From the NCBI GenBank assembly GCA_963700315.1, contig CAVOXC010000011.1, forward strand, positions 288,308-352,307: DNA of 64,000 nucleotides. The letters run 5' to 3'. Below the pieces are notes generated by a model. That model did not search any database. It saw nothing but the letters and a program-made list of their open reading frames with translations, and was not told the origin of the DNA. Both the position numbers and the translations under genes were made by a program. This stretch comes from an uncultured Acidobacteriota bacterium. Its GTDB lineage: Bacteria; Acidobacteriota; Thermoanaerobaculia; Multivoradales; JAGPDF01. Shown here piece after piece: positions 1 through 8,360 of the stretch (its first letter is position 1; each line of letters opens with the position of its first letter).

Positions 1-865
1 CGCCCAGCTCGGCGAGCGTGATCGAACGCTCCGGATAGGTGCGCCGAGTCGAGTAGTGGACGACGAAGCTCCGGCGCGTCGACTCGGGGTCGGTGACGGG
101 TGCGCCGCCGTGGGTGAGCGAGGCGTGCCAGAGCAGCGCCTGTCCCTTCTTCGGCGTGAACCGCCGCGGCGCGAGACCCCGCTCGCGCTGGAGCCGGTCA
201 TTCCAGTCGAGTGCCGCGCGAACCTCGGCCTCGCCCATGCGCGAGCCGTCGAACTGCCACTCGCCCGGAGTGAACTCGAAGTAGGGGAGACGATGCGAGC
301 CGGGCACGTAGACCAGGGCGCCACAGTCGGGCGTGATCTCCTCGAGCGCGATCCAAGCCGCGACCATGTGCCCCGGGGCGCCCGTCGGCACCACCATCGG
401 ATCGCGATGGAGCGTCTGCTCGCTGCCGAACTCGAAGCAGAGCGACTGGATCGCGACCGCCTCCTCACCGAGGATCCGCTCGACCCAGCCGTGAAGCTGG
501 CGGTCGAGGTAGAGCGCGAGCGCCTCGGCGAGGTGCGAGTGCGGATCGTGGATCCGGTAGCGCCGCTTGCGCTCGCGCGCCTCGTCGGCCCGCGGCAGGC
601 GCCGCGCCGGTCCGTCGTAGGCGTAGGCGAGATCGTCGGGGCGATCGCTCCAGAGCCGAGCGACTCCGGCGACGAGGCCATCGAAGATGCTCTCGGGCGC
701 CTCGAGGTCGAGCACCAGGTAACCGTCGGTCGCGAAGCGGCGAAGGGACTCGGCGGCGGACGGATCGAGCTCGCCGGCGGCGCGCTGGGCCGCGATCGTC
801 TCGAGCACATCGGGGCGGTCGATCCAGAGCCCGGAGTCGAGGTGGATGCCTGCAGGCTCGCCCAT
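1..865 (-). CDS. Phytanoyl-CoA dioxygenase (PhyH)-family Fe(II)/2-oxoglutarate oxygenase; C-terminus cut by window edge
   Basis: Absent from the ORF track because it runs off the left edge. Manual reverse-strand translation from the ATG (complement of 863-865) gives MGEPAGIHLDSGLWIDRPDVLE...QTLHRDPMVV...ALVYVPGSHRL...LLWHASLTHGG, an HxD...H context typical of PhyH proteins. The + strand ORFs 56..928 and 93..284 are Arg/Pro-rich shadows. Confidence 0.6.
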   Translation of the reverse strand, partial: MGEPAGIHLDSGLWIDRPDVLETIAAQRAAGELDPSAAESLRRFATDGYLVLDLEAPESIFDGLVAGVARLWSDRPDDLAYAYDGPARRLPRADEARERKRRYRIHDPHSHLAEALALYLDRQLHGWVERILGEEAVAIQSLCFEFGSEQTLHRDPMVVPTGAPGHMVAAWIALEEITPDCGALVYVPGSHRLPYFEFTPGEWQFDGSRMGEAEVRAALDWNDRLQRERGLAPRRFTPKKGQALLWHASLTHGGAPVTDPESTRRSFVVHYSTRRTYPERSITLAELG

Positions 866-954
866 CGCGCCGGGAGCGTAGCAGGGTGGCGCCGCCCCGG
901 GGCGGACGTGGGCCCCGTCGTAGACTGAACTGTCGCAGCGCACGAGGAGGCCGC

Positions 955-2190
955 ATGAAGCCACTCCATCTCGCCATCGTCGGCGCCGGGCCGACCGGCC
1001 TCGAGGCCGCGCTCGCGGCGGCCGAGCACGGCTTTCCTTTCACCCTCTACGAGCGGGGCGACGCCGTCGCCGAGCACCTTCGCCGCTTCGGCCACGTTCG
1101 CCTCTTCACCCCCTGGTCGCTCTCGGTCTCGCCGCGCATGCGCCGCCTGCTCGAGCGGGCGAGCCGGCCCGCTCCCACTGCGACCGACTCGACGCCGACC
1201 GCCGGCGAGCTCTACGCCCGGGTCTTCGCGCCGATCGCCGAGCTGCCGGAGATCCAGGCGCACTTGGCGCTCGCGACGCGCGTCGTGGCGATCGGCCGCG
1301 CGGGTCTGACCAAGGAGCAGGAGATCGGCACGCCCGCGCGGGCGGGCCGCCCTTTCCGGCTGCTGCTCGCCGACGTTGCCGGCCACGAGCGGATCGAGCA
1401 TGCCGATGTCGTCATCGACGCCTCCGGCGCCTACGACCACCCCAACGCGCTCGGCGACGGCGGCATCCCCGCTCCGGGCGAGCGCGAGCTCGCGGCGCGA
1501 ATCGTGCGCTACCTCCCCGATTTCGGCGCCGAGCCCGAGACGTGGGCCGGCAAGACGACGCTGCTCGCGGGCTCGGGCCACTCGGCGCAGACGGCGGCGC
1601 GCGAGCTCGCGGCGCTCGCCGAACGCGCGCCGACAACGCGCGTCCTCTGGGTGCTGCGCGCGGCGAGCGCTCCCTTCGCACCGGTGGCGAACGACCCGCT
1701 CCCCGAGCGGGCGGCGCTGGTCGCGCGCGCGCGCGGCCTTGCCGCGGGCGTTTCCACCGCCATCGCGGCCCTGCCCGGCCGCCACGTCGAGGCGCTGGCT
1801 CGCGCCGGCGAACGGATCAGGGTGACGCTCGGAACGCTCGCGGGCGTCACGGAGCACGTCGAGGTCGACCGCATCCTCGCGCTCACCGGCACTGTCGGCG
1901 ACGCCGCGCTCCACCGGCAGCTGCAGTTTCACGAGTGCTACGCCACCCTGGGGCCGATGAAGCTCGCGGCCGCGCTGCTCGGTGCGGGCGCGAGCTCGGA
2001 CTGTCTCGACCAGTCCAGCCAGGGCGCCGACACCCTGGTCAACCCGGAACCGGGCTTCTTCGTGCTCGGCGCCAAGTCCTACGGGCGTACCACCAGCTTC
2101 CTGATGCGGGTCGGCTGGGAGCAGGTCGAGGACGTCTTCCGGCTGCTCGCCTCGACGCGCGCCGTCCCGGCCCGCGTCGGCTCGCTGTAG
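955..2190 (+). CDS. FAD/NAD(P)-binding oxidoreductase (flavoprotein, unknown substrate)
   Basis: Internal ATG at 955 preceded by GAGGAGG. N-terminus MKPLHLAIVGAGPTGLEAALAAAEHG is a Rossmann GxGxxG dinucleotide-binding fold. A second nucleotide-binding stretch is TTLLAGSGHSAQTAAREL. Confidence 0.7.
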   Translation: MKPLHLAIVGAGPTGLEAALAAAEHGFPFTLYERGDAVAEHLRRFGHVRLFTPWSLSVSPRMRRLLERASRPAPTATDSTPTAGELYARVFAPIAELPEIQAHLALATRVVAIGRAGLTKEQEIGTPARAGRPFRLLLADVAGHERIEHADVVIDASGAYDHPNALGDGGIPAPGERELAARIVRYLPDFGAEPETWAGKTTLLAGSGHSAQTAARELAALAERAPTTRVLWVLRAASAPFAPVANDPLPERAALVARARGLAAGVSTAIAALPGRHVEALARAGERIRVTLGTLAGVTEHVEVDRILALTGTVGDAALHRQLQFHECYATLGPMKLAAALLGAGASSDCLDQSSQGADTLVNPEPGFFVLGAKSYGRTTSFLMRVGWEQVEDVFRLLASTRAVPARVGSL

Positions 2191-2194
2191 CGGC

Positions 2195-4033
2195 TCAGGC
2201 GCTCTCGCGCCGCGCGGTCGGAGCGGGTGCCGGCGGGCGGTAGAGCGCGTCGATGCGCTCGGCGTGCTTGGCGGCGATCTCGGCGCGGCGCAGCTTCATC
2301 GTCGGTGTCAGCTCCCCCGCCTCGAGCGAGAGCTCCCGCGGCAGCACGTCGAAGCGCTTGATCGTCTGGTAGGAGGCGAGACGTGGGTTGACGTCATGCT
2401 CGATCCGCTCGGCGAGATGGGCCCGCAGCCGCGGCTCGTCGGCGAGCTCCGCGGGCGCGAGCGCGGCGAGACCGAGCGCCTCGGCGAGCGCTGGTGTCGC
2501 CGCGGGATCGAGGGTGAGCAGCGCCGAGAGATAGGGCCGGCCATCTCCGACCAGGACCGCTTGCGACACGCCTGCGATCTCCGTCAGCAGGGGCTCGACC
2601 TCGGCTGGCGCGACGTTCTTGCCGCCCGCCGTGATCAGCAGCTCCTTCTTGCGCCCGGTGACGCGCAAGCTGCCGTCGGCGTCGAGCCTGCCGAGGTCGC
2701 CGGTATGGAGCCAGCCGTCGGCATCGATCAGCTCGGCGGTTTCGGCGCGGTCGCCGCGGTATCCGCTCGTCAGGTTGGGGCCGCGGTAGAGGATCTCGCC
2801 GTCGGCGGCGATCGCGAGCTCGCCGCAGGGCAACGCGGGGCCGACCGTGCCCGGGCGGGGGAGCCCGGGTCGCACGTGCGAGATCACCGCGGCGCTCTCG
2901 GTCATGCCGTAGACCTCGAGGATGCGGATTCCGAGCGAGCCGAAGAAGCGCAGGGTCGCGAGGCCGATCGGCGCGGCGCCCGAGATCGCCAGGCGCACGC
3001 GGTCGAGCCCGAGCGTCGCGCGCAGCTTCGCAAGGACCAAGCGGTCGCCCAGCGCCCGCGCCGCCGTGCGCGGCGCCGGCTCGCCCCGGCTCTCCCGCTC
3101 GTAGGCGGAGCGCTCGGCGGCGACCGCCCAGCGCGCGAGACGTCCCCTGGCGCCCGTCGCCGCGTCGAGCCGCGCCGACACCGCGACTTCCACCTTCTCC
3201 CAAATGCGCGGCACGCCGAGGAAGACCGTCGGGCGCACCTCCGGCAGGAGCTCACGTAGCGCCTCGAGACGCGGGCAGAAGAAGACCTCGCCTTCGAGCC
3301 AGAGCGGTGACACCGCCGACATCATCTGCTCCGCGATGTGCGAGAGCGGCAGGTAGCTCACCACGCGGTAGCGGGTCCCTTCGAGCAGCGGTTGGATGAA
3401 CGCCACGACGTCGGTCGCGACCGCCGCGACCGCCGCGTGCGAGAGCTCGACCCCTTTGGGACGACCGGTCGTACCGGAGGTGTAGATCAACAGGCAGAGA
3501 TCGTCGGGCGCCACCGTTGCGGCGCGGCGCCGCGCCTGCTCGAGCCGGCCCGCGCCGCGCCGCGCGAGCTCGGCGAGCGTCAGCGCCCCGGACGCTGGCG
3601 CATCCGCCGCCGGCCCGAACGCGATCGTCGCGCCGATCTCGTGCCCGGCGCGCCGCGCCCCCTCCACTCCGCGCTCCAGCCGCTCGGCGCTATCGGCCGC
3701 CAGGACGCGCGCGCCCGCATGGGCTAGGACGTAGCCGGTCTGCTCGGCGGTGAGCGTCGTGTAGATCGGCACCGGCACGGCGCGCGCGAGCTGGATCGCG
3801 AGCTGCAAGAGCACCCACTCGGCGCGGTTGTCGCCGGCGAGAGCGACCGACTCGCCCGGCTCGACGCCGAGCTCGATCAGCCCGCCGGCGATACCGAGCG
3901 CTTGCTCACGCACTTCGCCCCAGGTTCGCGCGCTCCAGACCCCGGCGGCGTCGCGCTCGTGGAAGGCGGGCAGGTCGGGGCGGCGCTCGGCCAGGTCGAG
4001 CAGGCACTCCGTCACCGTCGTCGGTCCGGACAT
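2195..4033 (-). CDS. Long-chain acyl-CoA synthetase (AMP-forming), FadD-like
   Basis: AMP-binding signature LIYTSGTTGRPKGV, plus GWLHTGDLG and the C-terminal TPTMKLRR motif. The likely start is MSGPTT (ATG complement at 4031-4033), 33 codons inside the track ORF. Confidence 0.85.
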   Translation of the reverse strand: MSGPTTVTECLLDLAERRPDLPAFHERDAAGVWSARTWGEVREQALGIAGGLIELGVEPGESVALAGDNRAEWVLLQLAIQLARAVPVPIYTTLTAEQTGYVLAHAGARVLAADSAERLERGVEGARRAGHEIGATIAFGPAADAPASGALTLAELARRGAGRLEQARRRAATVAPDDLCLLIYTSGTTGRPKGVELSHAAVAAVATDVVAFIQPLLEGTRYRVVSYLPLSHIAEQMMSAVSPLWLEGEVFFCPRLEALRELLPEVRPTVFLGVPRIWEKVEVAVSARLDAATGARGRLARWAVAAERSAYERESRGEPAPRTAARALGDRLVLAKLRATLGLDRVRLAISGAAPIGLATLRFFGSLGIRILEVYGMTESAAVISHVRPGLPRPGTVGPALPCGELAIAADGEILYRGPNLTSGYRGDRAETAELIDADGWLHTGDLGRLDADGSLRVTGRKKELLITAGGKNVAPAEVEPLLTEIAGVSQAVLVGDGRPYLSALLTLDPAATPALAEALGLAALAPAELADEPRLRAHLAERIEHDVNPRLASYQTIKRFDVLPRELSLEAGELTPTMKLRRAEIAAKHAERIDALYRPPAPAPTARRESA

Positions 4034-4132
4034 CGCTCGGGCCCTCCGCTCCTCGTGCGCTTCGTTTCTTGCCGCGCATTCTCTACGACCGCGCGCCCGG
4101 AACCAAACTGCCGCCTCGCCCACTCCCTTCAT

Positions 4133-4232
4133 GTCGTCCTGAGCGTAGCGAAGGACCTGGCGTGGCGGGTGGGGAATCGCTGTCGGAGCTGCTTCAGGCG
4201 AGGGCGCAAGATCTTCACTTCGTTCAGATGAC
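4133..4232 (+). repeat. Copy A of a ~100-bp imperfect-palindrome (hairpin) element
   Basis: GTCGTCCTGAGCGtAGCGAAGGACC...GCGCAAGATCtTCACTTCGTTCAGATGAC. The arms are reverse complements of each other, and the same element recurs at 35578-35679 and 56338-56439 in the same orientation. Confidence 0.8.
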
Positions 4233-4461
4233 GGGGCGGCGTTCCGGCTGAGAGCGCGGGCCTGCGGAAGAAGTCAGCCGAACCGACGGCTGGCACCGGC
4301 GGGCGCGCCAGCTGACTCGGCCTGCGGCGCGCGTCGAGCGGATCTGGCTGCAGAGGCGAGGGCGCAAGATCATTCACTTCGTTCAAGATGACGGGGGCGG
4401 GCGTTCCGGGTGAGAGCGCGGGCCTGCGGAGAGACGTCGAGCCGAACCAATGGCTGGCACC
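4196..4461 (+). repeat. Two ~105-bp direct repeats (4196-4297 and 4354-4461)
   Basis: Each unit runs AGGCGAGGGCGCAAGATC.TTCACTTCGTTCA.GATGACGGGG..CGTTCCGG.TGAGAGCGCGGGCCTGCGGA...GCCGAACC..GGCTGGCACC. The second unit is the right arm of the hairpin element without its left arm. Confidence 0.8.
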
Positions 4462-5235
4462 GAGCGCTGTGTCCCGGGCGAGCGGCGGCTCTGCCTGCGC
4501 GACGGCCGCTTCGCGGTCGAGGGCGCCTGGCGCGACTTTGCCGGCCACGCCGGCGCGGCCAACGCGATCCCGCGTGGCGACGCCTCCGGCGCCTTCTGGT
4601 TCTTCGATTCGACCAACATTGAAGCGGTGATCAAAATCCTCGACGGCGGCCCGGTCAACGATCGCATCTGGCTCTACTACGCCGCGCTCTCGAACGTCGC
4701 CTACGACCTCCAGGTCACCGACACCGCGGCGCGCGTCACCAAGCGCTACTCGAACCCGGAGGGGCGCTTCGCGTCGGTCGGCGACGTCGAGGCCTTCGAG
4801 GTCGGAGCCGGCGCCCCGATGACGACGGCGACGCCGCCGGTGCTCGCGGGCGCGGCATCGAGCCTCGCGCCCGCCGCCACGAGCGAGACCTCGAGCGGCC
4901 TCTGCGCGCCGACGGCGATCCGCCTCTGCTTCCAGCAGGAGCGCTTCGCGGTCGAGGCGCGCTGGCGCGACTTCCTCGGCAACGAGGGCGTCGCGCAGGC
5001 GGCGCCCTGGACGGCGGACACCGGCCTGCTCTGGTTCTTCGACGCGGCCATCCCGGAGCTCGTCGTCAAGGTGCTCGACGGCGGCGCCGTCAACGGCCGC
5101 TTCTGGGTCCTCTCGGGCGCGCTGTCGAACGTCGAGTACACGATTACCGTCACCGATCTGCTGACCGGCGCTGTGCGCGAGTACTTCAACCCCGCCGGCA
5201 CGTACGCCTCCTTCGGCGACATCGACGCGTTCTGA
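4450..5235 (+). CDS. Uncharacterised protein made of two tandem ~105-aa repeats of a conserved beta-rich domain; no signal peptide
   Basis: Internal duplication: CLRDGRFAVEGAWRDFAGHAG..AFWFFDSTNIEAVIKILDGGPVNDRIWLYYAALSNVAYDLQVTDTAARVTKRYSNPEGRFASVGDVEAF versus CFQQERFAVEARWRDFLGNEG..LLWFFDAAIPELVVKVLDGGAVNGRFWVLSGALSNVEYTITVTDLLTGAVREYFNPAGTYASFGDIDAF. Third-position GC is high. The ATG lies inside the upstream repeat unit. Confidence 0.65.
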   Translation: MAGTERCVPGERRLCLRDGRFAVEGAWRDFAGHAGAANAIPRGDASGAFWFFDSTNIEAVIKILDGGPVNDRIWLYYAALSNVAYDLQVTDTAARVTKRYSNPEGRFASVGDVEAFEVGAGAPMTTATPPVLAGAASSLAPAATSETSSGLCAPTAIRLCFQQERFAVEARWRDFLGNEGVAQAAPWTADTGLLWFFDAAIPELVVKVLDGGAVNGRFWVLSGALSNVEYTITVTDLLTGAVREYFNPAGTYASFGDIDAF

Positions 5236-5316
5236 GTCGCGGCCTCAGGCGGCGCCTCGTCGATTGCTTTTGCCGGGGGGACCGGGGCGAATCGCGCCGG
5301 GTGGGAGAATGGCCCG

Positions 5317-7509
5317 ATGCCGTCTAGCGCACCGGCCCAACGCCCGCTCTCTCTTGCTGCTCGCTGTCGGCGCCCTTCTCGCTGGGTGCGGGCGACGCCG
5401 GAGCCGCTCCCCGCAGGGCGCGTCGAGCTCGTCGAGCTCGCGACGGTGGCGCGCCCGATCGTCGAGACCGTGCGCATCGACGTCGGCGACCCGGCAGACC
5501 GCGAGCATCTCGAGAGCGGTTGGGGTCCCGACGAGAGTGGCTCCGAGGGCACCTTCGCCTGGAGCGGCGGTGAGGCGGCGACGCTCCGCTTCGAGGTCGT
5601 CGACCCGCGCAACGCGACGCTGACGTTGCGCGGCTGGTCCTACCCGCTGCCCGGCGTCGACGAGCAGAGCGTCACCGTACGCTTGAACGGCGCCGAGCTC
5701 GAGACGTTTCCTCTCGGCACGGCGCCCGACACCGTGCGGCTGCCGGTCGCCGCACGGCGCTTCCGCGCTGGCGAGAACCGCCTGGAGCTGCGCCCGGCGC
5801 GGCGCCTGGCGCGCGCCGGCGAGCCGGCGTGGGCCACCGGCTGGGACTTCGTGAGCTTCCACGCCGGCGGGTCACCGGCGCCGCCGACGATCGGCGCCGC
5901 GGGCGAGATCCTGCTGCCCGCGCGCAGCGCGCTCGCCTGGACACTGGACCTGCCACCCGACAGCTGGCTCGCCTGGGACGGGCTCGGCCGCGCGGGCGAA
6001 GCCCGGCTCGAGATCGGCGTGCGCGCCGAGGGCGGGGTGGAGCGGGCGCAGCGCTTCGACGGATCGGGCCAGCTGCGCCTGACCGGAGCCGCTGGTGCCC
6101 TGGTCGAGCTCTCGCTGCGCTCGCGCGGCGGCTCGGGGCGGCTCCGTCTCGCGGGCGCGCGCTTGCACCAGTCGCTCGCGCCCGCGGCGGCCGCGGCGGC
6201 CGCGACTCCCGAGAGCCTGCGACCCAACCTGATCGTCTACCTGATCGATACGCTGCGCGCTGATCACCTCGGCTGCTACGGCTATCCGCTGCCCACCTCG
6301 CCGCGCATCGATGCCTTCGCGCGCGAGTCCGTGCTCTGGCGCGAGGCGCGCTCCCAGAGCTCGTGGACCAAGCCCGCGGTCGCGACGCTTTTGACCGGCC
6401 TCTACCCGATCACGCATGGCGCCGATCGGCGCGCGCGCGGGCTCGCGCCCGACGTCGTGACGCTCGCCGACAGGCTGGCGGCGGCTGGGTATCAGACCGC
6501 CTTCTTCACCACCAACCCGACGGTCACCGCCAAGTTCGGCTTCGACCGCGGCTTCGACGAGTTTCACTACCTCAGCCATCCGCGCGGGCGCGGGCGGGGA
6601 CGAGGACACGTCGACTCCGCGCAGATCCACCGCCAGGTCGTGGCCTGGCTCGAGCGGCGCGATCCCGCGCGCCCATTCTTCCTGGTCGTGCACACGCTCG
6701 ATCCGCACGATCCCTACAATCCACCGGAGCGCTTCAAGCGGCGCTTCGCGCCCGATGTCGACGCCACGGTCGCCTGCTGCATTCGCGCGCACGAGCTCGC
6801 CGCGCTCACGCCCGGCGCCGCTCGCGCGCGGGCGCAGGAGATGGTCGCGCTCTACGACGGCGAGATCGCGCAGAACGACGAGAGCTTCGGCGCGCTCTAC
6901 GACGAGCTCGCCCGGCGAGATCTGCTCGAGCGCTCGGCGCTGCTACTCACCGCCGATCATGGCGAGGAGTTCTACGACCATGGCGGCTGGCGCCACGCCT
7001 CGACGCTCTACGAGGAAGTGCTGCGGATTCCCCTGATCTTGAGGCTCCCGGGCGGCGCCGAGCGCGGGCGCGCGATCGACGCGCCGGCCGACCTGATCGA
7101 CATCGCACCGACCCTGCTGGCGCTGGTCGGCCTCGAGGTGCCCGCCACCCTGCCGGGTGAGAGCTGGTTGCCGGCGCTCGGCGGGCTCGCGCCGCCGGCC
7201 GGCGAGTCGTTCGCCTGGCTCGAGCACCCCTCCTTCTCGATCGCCTCGGTCCTGCGCGACTCGTGGAAGGGCGTACGCTCTCGCGGCGGGTGGCGCCTGC
7301 CGCTCGAGCGCGGGAGCGACGAGCTCTTCGAGCTCCGCGCCGACCCCGGCGAACGGCGCAACCTCACCGGCGCGAGCTCGCTGCGGCGCAACTGGCTGCT
7401 CGACCGTCTCGCCGCGACCGAGGCTCGCCAGAGTCGCGCGGCGCCCGCCGCCGACGTCGCCATCGAGCCGGAGCTCGAGCGCGAGCTCCGCGCGCTCGGC
7501 TACTTCTAG
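5317..7509 (+). CDS. Sulfatase-like / alkaline-phosphatase-superfamily hydrolase with ~300-aa N-terminal domain; probable frameshift near 5393
   Basis: Core PNLIVYLIDTLRADHLGCYGYP...SQSSWTKPAVATLLTGLYPITHG...LLTADHGEEF is typical of the sulfatase fold. A lipoprotein-type signal peptide (MARCRLAHRPNARSLLLLAVGALLAGCG, ATG 5309) is encoded in a different frame just upstream. Confidence 0.75.
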   Translation: MPSSAPAQRPLSLAARCRRPSRWVRATPEPLPAGRVELVELATVARPIVETVRIDVGDPADREHLESGWGPDESGSEGTFAWSGGEAATLRFEVVDPRNATLTLRGWSYPLPGVDEQSVTVRLNGAELETFPLGTAPDTVRLPVAARRFRAGENRLELRPARRLARAGEPAWATGWDFVSFHAGGSPAPPTIGAAGEILLPARSALAWTLDLPPDSWLAWDGLGRAGEARLEIGVRAEGGVERAQRFDGSGQLRLTGAAGALVELSLRSRGGSGRLRLAGARLHQSLAPAAAAAAATPESLRPNLIVYLIDTLRADHLGCYGYPLPTSPRIDAFARESVLWREARSQSSWTKPAVATLLTGLYPITHGADRRARGLAPDVVTLADRLAAAGYQTAFFTTNPTVTAKFGFDRGFDEFHYLSHPRGRGRGRGHVDSAQIHRQVVAWLERRDPARPFFLVVHTLDPHDPYNPPERFKRRFAPDVDATVACCIRAHELAALTPGAARARAQEMVALYDGEIAQNDESFGALYDELARRDLLERSALLLTADHGEEFYDHGGWRHASTLYEEVLRIPLILRLPGGAERGRAIDAPADLIDIAPTLLALVGLEVPATLPGESWLPALGGLAPPAGESFAWLEHPSFSIASVLRDSWKGVRSRGGWRLPLERGSDELFELRADPGERRNLTGASSLRRNWLLDRLAATEARQSRAAPAADVAIEPELERELRALGYF

Positions 7510-7526
7510 CGTGGCGGCAGGAGCCG

Positions 7527-8234
7527 TCAGCCGCCGGCGGCGGCCGGGATGCGGAGCTCGGCGAGAAAGAGCGGTAGCGCGGTGAGGTCGGGCAGGAGCG
7601 CGAGCGGCGCGCAGAGGGAGAGTCGATCGTGCGGCTGTGCTCCCGAAAGGACGCCGACCGCAGCACAGCCGGCATTGCGTGCCATGTCGAGATCCCACGA
7701 CGTGTCACCGATCATCAGCGCCGCGTCGGGCGCGACGCCGAGCTCCTCGAAGAGTCCTTCGAGCATCCCGGGGTGCGGCTTCGACGGCGCCTCGTCGACG
7801 GTGCGGCTCGCAGCGAACAGCTCGCCCAGCCCGGAGCGCTCGAAGTCGCGCACCAGGCCGCGGCGGCTCTTGGCGGTCGCGACTCCGAGCAGGTAGCCCT
7901 CGGCGGCGAGCGCCTCGAGCGTCTCCCGCGCGCCCGCGAACAGGTGGAAGCGATCCTTGAAGATCTCGACCCATTGCTGCCGGTACGCCTCGAGCACCCG
8001 TGCGTGGAGCTCGGGGCCGGCGTCGGGGAAGAAGTCGTGCATCGTCTCGAGCAAGCCCATGCCGATGGCGTAACGGACCTTCTCGCGCGGCGGCCGCTCG
8101 AGCCCGGGCAGATCGCCGAGCGCGTCGAGCGCGGCGAAGGTGCAGTCGACGATCGCGCCGATCGAGTCCATCACCGTGCCATCCCAGTCGAAAACCAGGA
8201 GCTCGTAGGGTCTCTGTCGCGCGGTGGTCGTCAT
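7527..8234 (-). CDS. HAD-superfamily phosphatase (phosphoglycolate phosphatase-like)
   Basis: The last 235 codons of the 1106-aa track ORF give MTTTARQRPYELLVFDWDGTVMDS (DxDxT motif I), ...GVATAKSRR (motif II) and ...MIGDTSWDLDMARNAG (motif III/IV). The ATG complement is at 8232-8234. Confidence 0.8.
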   Translation of the reverse strand: MTTTARQRPYELLVFDWDGTVMDSIGAIVDCTFAALDALGDLPGLERPPREKVRYAIGMGLLETMHDFFPDAGPELHARVLEAYRQQWVEIFKDRFHLFAGARETLEALAAEGYLLGVATAKSRRGLVRDFERSGLGELFAASRTVDEAPSKPHPGMLEGLFEELGVAPDAALMIGDTSWDLDMARNAGCAAVGVLSGAQPHDRLSLCAPLALLPDLTALPLFLAELRIPAAAGG

Positions 8235-8360
8235 TTCGGGCGAGGGCTCGGGCGCGGGAGCGCGACCCGGAAGCCGGCATGCTATCAGCGCGTCGCGGGG
8301 CGCTCGGGGGTCCGCCGCGGCGCCTGTTGCGCCGGCGCCCGCGCCTCGTAGACTCGCGCC

